A DNA stretch of 64,000 nucleotides from contig OZ024741.1 in NCBI GenBank assembly GCA_964016885.1, positions 322,648,001-322,712,000 of the forward strand. The letters are read 5' to 3'. Both the position numbers and the translations under genes were made by a program. Shown here piece after piece: positions 45,001-58,025 of this stretch. Each line of letters opens with the position of its first letter. The stretch's first letter is position 1. The DNA is from Eledone cirrhosa (taxonomy: Eukaryota). Under the pieces are notes generated by a model. The model made no database searches, was not told the origin of the DNA, and saw only the letters and a list, made by a program, of their open reading frames with translations.

Positions 45001-48000
45001 GTTGTAGTTGTTAGTGGTATAGTTGTTAGTGTTGAAGTTGTTAGTGGTGTAGTTGATAGTGTTGTAGTTGTTAGTGTTGTAGTTGTTAATGGTGTAGTTG
45101 TTGGTGTTGTAGTTGTTAGTGGTGTAGTTGTTAGTGGTGTAGTTGTTAGTGGTGTAGTTGTTAGTGGTGTAGTTGTTAATGGAGTAGTTGTTAGTGTTGT
45201 AGTTGTTAATGGTGTAGTTGTTAGTGGTGTAGTTGTTAGTGTTGTAGTTGTTAGTGCTGTAGTTGTTAGTGTTGTAGTTGTTAATGGAGTAGTTGTTAGT
45301 GGTGTAGTTGTTACTGGTGTAGTTGTTAGTGTTGTAGTTATTCGACGTGTAGTTGTTAGTAGTGTAGTTGTTGGTGTTGTAGTTGTTAGTGATGTAGTTG
45401 ATAGTGTTGTAGTTGTTAGTGGTGAAGTTGTTAGTGGTGTAGTTGTTAGTGTAGTAGTTGTTAGTGTTGTAGTTGTTAGTGGTGTAGTTGATGCTATTGT
45501 AGTTGTTAGTGGTGTAGTTGTTAGTGGTGTAGTTGTTAGTGTTGTTGTTATTAGAGGTGTAGTTGTTAGTGTTGTAGTTGTTAGTGGTGTAGTTGTTAGT
45601 GGTGTAGTTGTTAGTGTTGTAATTATTAGAGGTGTAGTTGTTAGTGTTATAGTTGTTAGTGCTGTAGTTGTTAGTGTTGTAGTTATTAGTGGTGTAGTGG
45701 TTAGCGTTGTAGTTGTTAGTGCTGTAGTTGTTAGTGGTGTAGTTGTTAGTGGTGTAGTTGATAGTGGTGTAGTTGTTAGTGTTGTAGTTGTTAATGGTGT
45801 AGTTGTTAGTGGTGTAGTTGTTAGTGTTGTAGTTGTTAGTGTTGTAGTTATTAATGGTGTAGTTGTTAGTGGTGTAGTTGTTAGTGGTGTAGTTGTTAGT
45901 GGTGTAGTTGATTGTGTTGTAGTTGTTATTGTTGTAGTTGTTAGTGTTGTAGTTGTTAGTGTTGTAGTTGTTAGTGGTGTAGTTGATAGTGGTGTAGTTG
46001 TTAGTGTTGTAGTTGTTAGTGGTGTAGTTGTTAGTGGTGTAGTTGTTAGTGGTGTAGTTGATAGTGGTGTAGTTGTTAGTGTTGTAGTTGTTAGTGGTGT
46101 AGTTGTTAGTGGTGTAGTTGTTAGTGTTGTAGTTGTTAGTGTTGTAGTTGTTAATGGTGTAGTTCTTAGTGGTGTAGTTGTTAGTGGTGTAGTTGTTAGT
46201 GGTGTAGTTGATTGTGTTGTAGTTGTTAGTGTTGTAGTTGTTAGTGTTGTAGTTGTTAGTGTTGTAGTTGTTAGTGGTGTAGTTGTTAGTGGTGTAGTTG
46301 ATAGTGTTGTAGTTGTTAGTGGTGTAGTTGTTAGTGGTATAGTTGTTAGTGGTGTAGTTGTTAGTGGTGTAGTTGTTAGTGGTATAGTTGTTATTGGTGT
46401 AGTTGTTAGTAGTGTAGTTGTTAGTGGTATAGTTGTTAGTGGTGTAGTTGTTAGTAGTGTAGTTGTTAGTGGTGTAGTTGTTAGTGGTGTAGTTGTTAGT
46501 GGTGTAGTTGTTAGTGGTGTAGTTGATAGTGTTGTAGTTGTTAGTGGTGTAGTTGTTAGTGGTGTAGTTGATAGTGTTGTAGTTGTTAGTGGTGTAGTTG
46601 ATAGTGTTATAGTTTTTAGTGTTGTAGTTGTTAGTGTTGTAGTTGTTAGTGGTGTAGTTGTTAGTGTTGTAGTTGTTAATAGTGTAGTTGTTAGTGTTGT
46701 AGTTGTTAATGTTGTAGTTGTTAGTGTTGTAGTTGTTAATGGTGTAGTTGTTAGTGGTCAAGTTGTTAGTGATGTAGTTGTTAGTGTTGTAGTTGTTAGT
46801 GGTGTAGTTGTTGGTGTTGTAGTTGTTAGTGGTGTAGTTGTTAGTGGTGTAGTTGTTAGTGTTGTAGTTGTTAATGGTGTAGTTGTTAGTGGTGAAGTTG
46901 TTAGTGCTGTAGTTGTTAGTGTTGTAGTTGTTAGTGGTGTAGTTGTTGGTGTTGTAGTTGTTAGTGGTGTAGTTGCTAGTGGTGTAGTTGTTAGTGTTGT
47001 AGTTGTTAATGGTGTAGTTGTTAGTGGTGAAGTTGTTAGTGGTGTAGTTGTTAGTGTTGTAGTTGTTAGTGGTGTAGTTGATAGTGTTGTAGTTGTTAGT
47101 GTTGTAGTTGTTAATGGTGTAGTTGTTGGTGTTGTAGTTGTTAGTGGTGTAGTTGTTAGTGGTGGAGTTGTTAGTGGTGTAGTTGTTAGTGTTGTAGTCG
47201 TTAGTGGTGTAGTTGTTAGTGGTGGAGTTGTTAGTGGTGTAGTTGATAGTGTTGTAGTTGTTAGTGGTGTAGTTGTTAGTGGTGTAGTTGATAGTGTTGT
47301 AGTTGTTAGTGGTGTAGTTGTTAGTGGTGTAGTTGATAGTGTTGTAGTTGTTAGTGGTGTAGTTGATAGTGTTATAGTTTTTAGTGTTGTAGTTGTTGGT
47401 GTTGTAGTTGATAGTGTTGTAGTTGATAATGTTGTAGTTGTTAGTGGTGTAGTTGTTAGTGGTGCAGTTGATAGTGTTGTAGTTGTTAGTGGTGTAGTTG
47501 TTAGTGGTGTAGTGGTTAGTGGTGTAGTTGTTAGTGTTGTAGTTGATAATGTTGTAATTGTTAGTGGTGTAGTTGTTTATTTTGTAGTTGTTAGTGTTGT
47601 AGTTGTTAGTTTTGTAGTTGTTAGTGCTGTAGTTGTTAGTGGTGTAGTTGTTAGTGTTGTAGTCGTTAGTGTTGTAGTTGTTAGTGTTGTAGTTGTTAGT
47701 GGTATAGTTGTTAGTTGTGTAGTTGTTAGTGGTGTAGTTGTTAGTGTTGTAGTTGTTAGTTGTGTAGTTGTTAGTGGTGTAGTTGTTAGTGGTATTGATC
47801 TTAGTGGTGTAGTTGATAGTATTGTAGTTGTTAGTGCTGTAGTTGTTAGTGGTGTAGTTGTTAGTGTTGTAGCTGTTAGTGGTGTAGTTGTTGGTGGTAT
47901 TGTTCTTAGTGGTGTAGTTGATAGTATTGTAGTTGTTAGTGTTGTAGTTGTTAGTGGTGTAGTTGATAGTGTTGTAGTTGTTAGTGGTGTAGTTGTTAGT

Positions 48001-50760
48001 GTTGTAGTTGTTAGTGGTGTAGTTGTTAGTGGTGTAGTTGTTAGTGTTGTAGTTGTTAGTGGTGAAGTTGTTAGTGGTGTAGTTGTTAGTGGTGTAGTTG
48101 TTAGTGGTGTAGTTGTTAGTGGTGTAGTTGTTGTTTGTGTAGTTATTAGTGGTGTAGTTGTTAGTGTTGTAGTTGTTAGTGGTGTAGTTGTTAGTGGTGT
48201 AGTTGTTAGTGGTGTAGTTGTTAGTGGTGAAGTTGTTAGTGGTGTAGTTGTTAGTGGTGTAGTTGTTAGTGGTGTAGTTGTTAGTGGTGTAGTTGTTAGT
48301 GTTGTAGTTGTTAGTGGTGTAGTAGTTAGTGGTGTAGTTGTTGTTTGTGTAGTTATTAGTGGTGTAGTTGTTAGTGTTGTAGTTGTTAGTGGTGTAGTTG
48401 TTAGTGGTGTAGTTGTTAGTGGTGTAGTTGTTAGTGGTGTAGTTGTTAGTGGTGTAGTTGTTAGTGGTGTAGTTGATAGTGTTGTAGTTGTTAGTGGTGT
48501 AGTTGATAGTGTTATAGTTTTTAGTGTTGTAGTTGTTGGTGTTGTAGTTGATAGTGTTGTAGTTGATAATGTTGTAGTTGTTAGTGGTGTAGTTGTTTGT
48601 GGTGCAGTTGATAGTGTTGTAGTTGTTAGTGGTGTAGTTGTTAGTGGTGTAGTGGTTAGTGGTGTAGTTGTTAGTGTTGTAGTTGATAATGTTGTAATTG
48701 TTAGTGGTGTAGTTGTTTATTTTGTAGTTGTTAGTGTTGTAGTTGTTAGTTTTGTAGTTGTTAGTGCTGTAGTTGTTAGTGGTGTAGTTGTTAGTGTTGT
48801 AGTCGTTAGTGTTGTAGTTGTTAGTGTTGTAGTTGTTAGTGGTATAGTTGTTAGTTGTGTAGTTGTTAGTGGTGTAGTTGTTAGTGTTGTAGTTGTTAGT
48901 TGTGTAGTTGTTAGTGGTGTAGTTGTTAGTGGTATTGATCTTAGTGGTGTAGTTGATAGTATTGTAGTTGTTAGTGCTGTAGTTGTTAGTGGTGTAGTTG
49001 TTAGTGTTGTAGCTGTTAGTGGTGTAGTTGTTGGTGGTATTGTTCTTAGTGGTGTAGTTGATAGTATTGTAGTTGTTAGTGTTGTAGTTGTTAGTGGTGT
49101 AGTTGATAGTGTTGTAGTTGTTAGTGGTGTAGTTGTTAGTGTTGTAGTTGTTAGTGGTGTAGTTGTTAGTGGTGTAGTTGTTAGTGTTGTAGTTGTTAGT
49201 GGTGAAGTTGTTAGTGGTGTAGTTGTTAGTGGTGTAGTTGTTAGTGGTGTAGTTGTTAGTGGTGTAGTTGTTGTTTGTGTAGTTATTAGTGGTGTAGTTG
49301 TTAGTGTTGTAGTTGTTAGTGGTGTAGTTGTTAGTGGTGTAGTTGTTAGTGGTGTAGTTGTTAGTGGTGAAGTTGTTAGTGGTGTAGTTGTTAGTGGTGT
49401 AGTTGTTAGTGGTGTAGTTGTTAGTGGTGTAGTTGTTAGTGTTGTAGTTGTTAGTGGTGTAGTAGTTAGTGGTGTAGTTGTTGTTTGTGTAGTTATTAGT
49501 GGTGTAGTTGTTAGTGTTGTAGTTGTTAGTGGTGTAGTTGTTAGTGGTGTAGTTGTTAGTGGTGTAGTTGTTAGTGGTGTAGTTGTTAGTGGTGTAGTTG
49601 TTAGTGGTGTAGTTGTTAGTGTTGTAGTTGTTAGTGGTGTAGTTGTTAGTGTTGTAGTTGTTAGTGGTGTAGTTGATAGTGCTGTAGTTGTTAGTGGTGT
49701 AGTTGTTAGTGGTGTAGTTGTTAGTGGTGTAGTTGTTAGTGGTGTAGTTGTTAGTGGTGTAGTTGTTAGTGTTGTAGTTGTTAGTGGTGTAGTAGTTAGT
49801 GGTGTAGTTGTTGTTTGTGTAGTTATTAGTGGTGTAGTTGTTAGTGTTGTAGTTGTTAGTGGTGTAGTTGTTAGTGTTGTAGTTGTTAGTGGTGTAGTTG
49901 TTAGTGTTGTAGTTGTTAGTGGTGTAGTTGATAGTGCTGTAGTTGTTAGTGGTGTAGTTGTTAGTGGTGTAGTTGTTAGTGGTGTAGCTGTTAGTGGTGT
50001 AGTTGTTAGTGGTGAAGTTGTTAGTGGTGTAGTTGTTAGTGTTGTAGTTGATAGTGCTGTAGTTGTTAGTGGTGTAGTTGTTAGTGGTGAAGTTGTTAGT
50101 GGTGTAGTTGTTAGTGGTGTAGTTGTAGTGTTGTAGTTGTTAGTGTTGTAGTTGTTAGTGTTGTAGTTGATAGTGCTGTAGTTGTTAGTGTTGTATTTGA
50201 TAGTGCAGTAGTTGTTAGTGGTGTAGTTGTTAGTGGTGTAGTTGTAGTGTAGTCGTTGGTGTTGTAGTTATTAGTATTGTAGTTGTTAGTGCTGTAGTTG
50301 TTAGTGTTGTAGTTGTTAGTGGTGAAGTTGTTAGTGGTGTAGTTGTTAGTGTAGTAGTTGATAGTGTTGTAGTTGTTAGTGGTGTAGTTGATACTGTTGT
50401 AGTTGTTAGTGGTGTAGTTGTTAGTGGTGTGGTTGTTAGTGTTGTTGTTATTAGAGGTGTAGTTGTTAGTGGTGTAGTTGTTAGTGTTGTAGTTGTTAGT
50501 GTTGTAGTTATTAGTGTTGTAGTTGTTAGTGTTGTAGTTGTTAGTGGTGTAGTTGTTAGTGGTGTAGTTGATAGTGTTGTAGTTGTTAGTGGTGTAGTTG
50601 TTAGTGGTGTAGTTGTTAGTGTTGTAGTTATCAGAGGTGTAGTTGTTAGTGTTGTAGTTGTTAGTGCTGTAGTTGTTAGTGTTGTATTTATTGGTGGTGT
50701 AGTGGTTAGTGTTGTAGTTGTTAATGCTGTAGTTGTTAGTGTTGTAGTTATTAGTGTTGT
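9006..50760. repeat. Giant 15-bp minisatellite/satellite array, consensus GTAGTTGTTAGTG(G/T)T, ~41.8 kb (roughly 2,800 units) with higher-order duplications
   Basis: Directly visible. The + strand is almost free of C. Variant units of 12, 14 and 18 bp occur. The minus strand reads TTTPL, NNYTT or QLHH* in its three frames. Confidence 0.98.
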
Positions 50761-53120
50761 ACTACCAAACACCACATTACTAAAAACTACAACAATAATT
50801 ATTACTACTACTGAAATACAACGCAAACAACTACCACACTAACAACTACCGCTCTAACAACTACAATACTAACAACTACACCACTAAAAACTACCACACT
50901 AACAACAACATAACCACTACCACACCACTACCACACCAACAACTACCAAACCACTACCAAACAACTACCACACCACTACCACACCACTACGACACCACTA
51001 CAACAACAACGACTACCACAGCACTACAACAACACTACAACACCATTCCCACACAACTACCACACCACTACCACACCACTACAACACCACTATCACACCA
51101 CTACCACACAACTACAACACCACTACAACACCATTACCACACCATTAACACACCACTACTACACTACTACCAAACCACTACAACACCACTACCACACCAC
51201 TACCATACCACTACCAAATACTACCACACTTCTACCACTCCACTACCACACCACTTCAACAACACTACAACACCACTACCACACCACTACCACACCACTG
51301 CCACACCATTCCCACACCACTACCACACCACTACCACACCACTACAACACCACTATCACACCACTACCACACAACTACAACACCACTACAACACCCCTAC
51401 CACACCACTACCATACCACTACCACACTACTACCACACTTCTACCGCACCACTACCACACCACTTCAACAACACTACCACACCACTACCGCACCACTACA
51501 ACACCACTATCACACCACTACCACACCACTACCGCACCACTACCACACCACTACCACACCACTACCACACCACTACCACACCACTACCACACTACTACCA
51601 CACCACTACCACACCACTATCACACCACTACCACACCACTACAACACCACTACCCTAACCCTAACCATACCACGACCACACTACTACCACACCACTACCA
51701 TACATCTACACACCACTACAACACCACTACCACACCACTACTACACCAGTTCCATACCACTGCCGCACCACTACCACACCACTACCACACTACTACCACA
51801 CCACTACCACACCACTACCACACCACTACCACACCACTACTACACCACTACCACACCACTACTACACCAGTTCCATACCACTGCCGCACCACTACCACAC
51901 CACTACCACACTACTACCACACTACTACCACACCACTACCACACCACTACCACACCACTACCACACTACTACCACACTACTACCACACCACTACCACACC
52001 ACTATCACACCACTACCACACCACTACTACACCACTACCACACCACTACCACACCACTACCACACCACTACGACATTACTACCACACCACTACCACACTA
52101 CTACCACACTACCACACCACTACCACACCACTACCACACCACTACCACACCACTACTACACCACTACCACACCACTACCACACCACTACCACACCACTAC
52201 CACACTACTATCACACCACTACCACACTACTACCACACAACTACAACACCACTACAACACCATTACCACACCATTAACACACCACTACTACACTACTACC
52301 AAACCACTACAACACCACTACCACACCACTATCACACCACTACCACACCACTACCACACCACTACCACACTACTACCACACCACTACCACACTACTACCA
52401 CACCACTACCACACTACTACCACACCACTTCAACACCACTACCACACCACTATCACACCACTACCACACCACTACCACACCACTACCACACTACTACCAC
52501 ACCACTACAACACCACTACAACACCACTACCACACCACTACCACATCACTACCACACCACTACCGCACCACTGCAACACCACTACCACACCACTACAACA
52601 CCACTACCACACCACTACCACACCACTACAACACCACTACCACACCACTACCGCACCACTACCACACCATTACCACACCACTACCACACCAGTCCCACAC
52701 CACTACCGCACCACTACCGCACCATTGCAACACCACTACCGCACCACTACCACACCACTACCACACCACTACAACACCACTACCACACCACTACAACACC
52801 ACTACCACACCACTACCACACCACTACCACACCACTACCGCACCACTATGGCACCACCGCAACACCACTACCGCACCACTACCACACCACTACAACACCA
52901 CTACCACACCACTACCACACCACTACCACATCACTACAACACCACTACCTACCACTACCACACCACTACCACACCACTACCACACCACTACCACACCACT
53001 ACCACACCACTACAACACCACTACCACACCACTACCACACCACTACCACACCACTACCTACCACTACCACACCACTACCTACCACTACCACACCACTACC
53101 TACCACAACCTACCACACTA
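50761..53120. repeat. Opposite-polarity CA-rich array: ~150 bp of degenerate reverse-complement 15-mer, then the 11-mer (CACCACTACCA)n
   Basis: CTAACAACTACACCA-like units at 50830-50910 are followed by CACCACTACCA units to ~53115. Confidence 0.95.
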
Positions 53121-53199
53121 AATAGAAATATTAATGATAGAATCATTGGATAAATTTCAAGAAAAATGTTTTTATTGCGTTTTGTGTATATGGACAAAT

Positions 53200-53325
53200 C
53201 ATGAGAGAGCGAGAGGGAGAGAGAGAGGGAGAGAGGGAGGGCGTGGGAGAGAGAGGGCGTGGGAGAGGGAGAGGGAGAGATAGATACATATATAGAGAGA
53301 GGGGAGAGAGAGAGGGGCCTAGAAC

Positions 53326-53398
<73 letters not shown>

Positions 53399-53818
53399 AG
53401 TGTTTAAAATTGTTAACTGGTTGTGTTGTGTTGTCGTGGAAACTGTGGTGAGTTGAGTTATTACTGGAATATGTCTGATATTAGAGAGGGTGGTGGTATG
53501 AGGTAGAGGGTGGATAGAGAGAGAGGTTGGAAGGGAGAGAGAGTGCGTGGTGGGTGGAGGATGGCGGGGAGATAGAGGCAGAGAGGGTTGGGTGGAGGGT
53601 GGAGGGTGGCGGGTAGAGAGAGTGGGTGGAGGGTGGAGGGTGACGGGAAGAGAGAGGCAGAGAGGGTGGAGGGGAGAGAGTGTGGGTGGCGGGGAGAGAA
53701 AGAGGGGGATTGAGAGAGCCGTGGAAGGAGAGAGGGAGAGAAAGAGAGGAAGTGAGAGAGAGAGAGAAAGAGAGAGAGAGAGATAGAGAAAGATTTATAG
53801 AGAAAGAGAGAAAGAGAA

Positions 53819-53854
<36 letters not shown>

Positions 53855-54470
53855 AGAGTGCGTGAGGGAAAGTAGGAGTGAATTTGAGAAAGAGAAAATG
53901 AGTTTGTGAAAGAGAGAGTTAGTTTGAGAGAGGGGGGGGGAGTGAGAGGGAGTAATGGGTGAGATAGAGAGGGGATTAAAAGAGAATGAGGGAGAATGGG
54001 TGTGAGTATGGTTAAGGGATCGATGAAGAAAGTGAGGATGTGAAAAAGTGACGAAGGGAAAAAGAGAGTTTAAGACCTAGAGCTTCAGTGAGAAGGTATG
54101 TATGTGAGAGAGAGAGGGGGGTGAGAGAGTATGTGACAGTGAGGAAGAAAGAGAGAGAATTTTTCAGTGAGGGAAATTGTGTGTGAATGAGAGAGTAGGA
54201 GAGGTGTGGGAGAGAGTTAGAGAGAAATAGAGTGAGTGTATCACAGAGAGAGAGGGGGGAAAGATTGAGGAGAAAAGGAGGTGTGAGAGTTTGAGAGAGT
54301 GTGAGTGATTGCGTAAGAAGAGAGAGCAGGAAGAAAGAGAAATAGAGAAAGAGAGAGAGAGAGAGAGCAGGAAGAAAGAGAAATAGAGAGAGGGAGAGAG
54401 AGAGAGCAGGAAGAAAGAGAAATAGAGAGAGGGAGAGAGAGAGAGCAGGAAGAAAGAGAAATATATATAT
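53200..54470. repeat. GA-rich low-complexity tract with (AG)n microsatellites and four ~40-bp GAGCAGGAAGAAAGAGAAATA repeats
   Basis: Directly visible. The repeats lie at ~54323-54462. Confidence 0.9.
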
Positions 54471-54614
54471 ATCTATATATATGTAGATAAATCTACCAAG
54501 AGTTTACGGTAGTGTCCAATTCGTATGAAGAACTCAATTTTTTTGTTTAATATAAGGAACTGTTTCATTGTTTTATTCATTATTTTTTTAATATTATATC
54601 TATATATATATCTA

Positions 54615-54886
<272 letters not shown>

Positions 54887-54973
54887 AAGAGTTGGGGGTA
54901 GAGTGAAGAACGGTATAGTGAGAGTAAAATATAGAGAAAGTATAGGATAGAGAGAATGAGAGAAAAAGTAAAG

Positions 54974-55024
<51 letters not shown>

Positions 55025-55049
55025 GTGAGAGATGGGGAGCTGTAAAAGG

Positions 55050-55162
55050 ATAATTGTTTCTACTTTTGACACAAGGCCAGCAAAAACCCAGTGTATTACT
55101 GGTACTTTATTTTATCGACCCCGTAAGGATGAAAGGCTAAGTTGACCTCGGCGGGATTTGAA
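55050..55162 (-). mobile_element. SINE 3' part
   Basis: AATTGTTTCTACTTTTG.CACAAGGCCAGCAA...GGCGGGATTTGAA is near-identical to 60825-60935. Confidence 0.85.
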
Positions 55163-55177
55163 GAATAATGTGGGCCG

Positions 55178-55327
55178 TATGTATGTATGTACGTATGTAT
55201 ATAGGTATGTATATATATATATATATGTGTGTATGTATGTATGTATGAATGTGTATATGTATGTATGAATGTATAAATGGATGTATGAAAGTTTGTATGT
55301 AAGAATGAATGTATATATGTATAAATG

Positions 55328-55371
<44 letters not shown>

Positions 55372-55462
55372 AGTGTGTGTGTGTAAGTTGATTCTTTCGT
55401 TTTCTTATTACAACTATGATATTATAAAATGAATAAAGCAACACATATTTACTTTATTATAA

Positions 55463-55541
<79 letters not shown>
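55178..55541. repeat. (TATG)n/(TA)n/(TG)n microsatellites
   Basis: Directly visible. Confidence 0.9.
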
Positions 55542-55544
<3 letters not shown>

Positions 55545-55950
55545 TTTCTGAATTTGTTTAGCAAGATACTTTATCTGAAAACGTGTGTTGAAATCGATAT
55601 TGTTATACTTTGGGAGGGTCATGTTGCCAATAAGAAACACACGCACCAGTTACTTTCACTTCAATTTATTATGTTGTCACACACAAAAACAAGATGGCGT
55701 AGGACAGAACAAAGGAGAGGCACAAAACAAAGAAAAGAATCCCCAGTCACTGATGAGGTCACAGAATGTGTGACGAAAGAACTTTGACAATATATGAACA
55801 ACCGTCCGGTTGTGGAACCACCCAACCAACCAGAAATTTATAAATGTTTTTTTTTAAATTTATAATTTAATTTATAATAAATTGAAGTGAAAGCAACTGG
55901 TGCGTGTGTTTCTTATTGGCAACATGACCTTCCCAAAGTATAACAATATA
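55541..55950 (+). mobile_element. Inverted-repeat element family A, copy 1 (probable Penelope-like derivative) lying between (TA)n tracts
   Basis: A ~75-bp inverted repeat pairs 55597-55672 with 55873-55950. There is an internal hammerhead fold and a related copy at 59010-59800. Confidence 0.75.
55746..55788 (+). ncRNA. Minimal type I hammerhead ribozyme fold
   Basis: GTCA-CTGATGA-G-GTCACA(gaatg)TGTGAC-GAAA-GAAC-TT-TGAC gives stem I GTCA/TGAC, an intact core, a 6-bp stem II and a vestigial stem III. Confidence 0.7.
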
Positions 55951-56088
55951 TATATATATATATATGATGATGATGCTAATGATTTAATATGAATGAAACA
56001 GTTCTAGTCAAGTAGAAGTCATTTCTATATATATAATAAAGATGACTATACTCTACCAATATATCAAGTGCCTTTTCAACTGTGGAAT

Positions 56089-56107
56089 CAACACACACAC
56101 GCGCGCA

Positions 56108-56175
<68 letters not shown>
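56089..56175. repeat. (CA)n microsatellite
   Basis: Directly visible. Confidence 0.97.
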
Positions 56176-56177
<2 letters not shown>

Positions 56178-56487
56178 ATGTATTGATACTTTAACCTAGT
56201 ATATAATTACTCCAAATTTATTAATTTGTTGAGTTGCTTCAACTGTGACTGGTTCTTCGCAGCTTTATCTAGCCGCCACGACGTCCAGTCCTATTTTATA
56301 TCTGCCCTGGTTGTTAAAATTGTTTGACACCATGTGGAGTAGAGATTTAAACAAACTCTCTGATCTCAACAGATATAAAGGTATTTTATACAGTGTGGCA
56401 CATATATAAAGACAATTCCTCTGATGATTAGTTCCTTGTCATCCGTTGATTTCCCAAAACATATATGTTACCTTGTATTATCTGTAT

Positions 56488-57125
56488 ATGGTCCGACCGT
56501 CGACGCCTAAGCTGGCAACATCACCAACCCTGTTTGGTGAGGAGGGTGGATTTTGGGCACACTCTGGACTTAGGTGAGTCAATTGCCAATCAAGTGTACA
56601 TATGTTTGTGCACATGTTTGTGTATTTACATATTTATGTAAATGCACGCAAAAGACAGTTAGGCTTACTTGAAACCTACAGTGTTTGTATTCTTCGATCA
56701 TCTTTGTTTTTGTTTGTTGCTAATTTAAAGACTTCAAGCTCTTGTCACGATAAAATTAGATGTACTGGTACATTTTGCATCCCATTTCATCCTTCATTAC
56801 AGGCAAAATAAGCTTCAAAAGGCCATCAACATGGCAGAACTGGATTTAAGACCGTGTCAGATATCCTCAGTGAGCGTCGCCTGCGATGTTTGGGACGGAT
56901 GTCGGTATCATAATTATCTATTTTGTATAACTAGTTTGAGTGTAAATCACTTCGAACTGGCTGTCCCTACTTGATATATTGATATGTGTACAACAAGGCC
57001 CTCTATTCTGTGTAGACTGAAATAGAGTAATGGAAGGACATTGCATCAAGCCGTTTATTCCGGATATATACTTTGAAGGCAGGGCTGAAAAAGCACAGAG
57101 GACGATCGAAAATAACTTCGAGTCT
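56488..57125 (+). pseudogene. Decayed RTE-clade LINE relic (5' motif plus ORF C-terminal part)
   Basis: 56489-56575 aligns to the tandem-unit 5' motif (ATGGTC.G..CGT.G.CG.CTAA.CTGGCAAC..CACCAA...TTGGTGAGGAGGGTG). From 56851 it translates TVSDILSERRLRCLGRMS, resembling the RTE motif RRLRWLGHV.RM. Confidence 0.6.
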
Positions 57126-57235
57126 TAACTCTTAAAACATCAAACTTCACACGTCTCAGTTTTCAATGGGTGCAACTACAACAATGAAGGTAGTTCTCAC
57201 ATAGACTTACTGTTATTGCACAGAATGTACTAGCA

Positions 57236-57788
57236 CAGAGGTTCTTAAAGTGGGCGCTACCACCTCTCGGGCGTTGAGAAAGTCCAGAGTGGAGGGGACC
57301 TAAGGGGTGCTGAAGGGGCAGTAGAGATGATATAATAGTATATTGATACATAAATATAAATATAGTAAAATAAAAAAAATACATATTTATTTATACATAG
57401 TATATATTATATTATTTATTATATATAAATTAACGATTTTATTTATTATATACTAGCAGAATGGCCCGGCGTTGCTCGGGATTTGCTCTAGGGTTCTTAT
57501 ATATTTGATATATATTTATCCTTCTCGAGCCTCGTGAAGTAAATACGTTTGTTTATATTTTGTTATTGTGTATACAAAAATATCTGTACACGAATATATA
57601 AGTAACAGTACAGAGAAATACGGAAAACCTCGGCCTCGGGTCGGTGTCTACATTTTGTGCTTATAAAACAAATTCGTCGTACATTACCAGGTTTTCTTTT
57701 TCCGTTCGAAGAAAATCAATACTTTATCGCGAAATAAATACTTTTGTTTATATGTGTATGCAAAAATATCTGTACACGAATATATAAT

Positions 57789-57828
<40 letters not shown>

Positions 57829-57967
57829 TAACAGATTAAAGTTTAAGCAAAGAATCGCTGCTTTCACACTTACCGGATCTTCTGAAACTAAAATAATAAA
57901 TCCGTGAACGCAGAAGTAAATATTTCGAAAAACGTTACACACTATATATATATACACACACTATATG

Positions 57968-58025
<58 letters not shown>

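Noticed and set aside
43369-46761. (NNYTT)n minus-strand ORFs
   Set aside because: This is an alternative frame of the same repeat, and the starts are non-ATG codons from variant units.
43102-50136. 2344-aa and other Val-rich + strand ORFs (VVVSG)n, e.g. 9006-11528 and 39793-41409
   Set aside because: These are an automatic consequence of a stop-free 15-mer frame. The poly-Val product is implausible and has no gene context.
9006-53120. CRISPR-like or true telomere interpretation of the arrays
   Set aside because: There are no unique spacers or cas genes and the context is eukaryotic. The array is internal, and the unit is not a canonical telomere repeat.
56421-56460. CTGATGA at 56422, and CTAATGA...GAAAC at 55976-56000, as further hammerheads
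   Set aside because: The first lacks a stem II plus GAAA. The second has a mutated core and no convincing stems.
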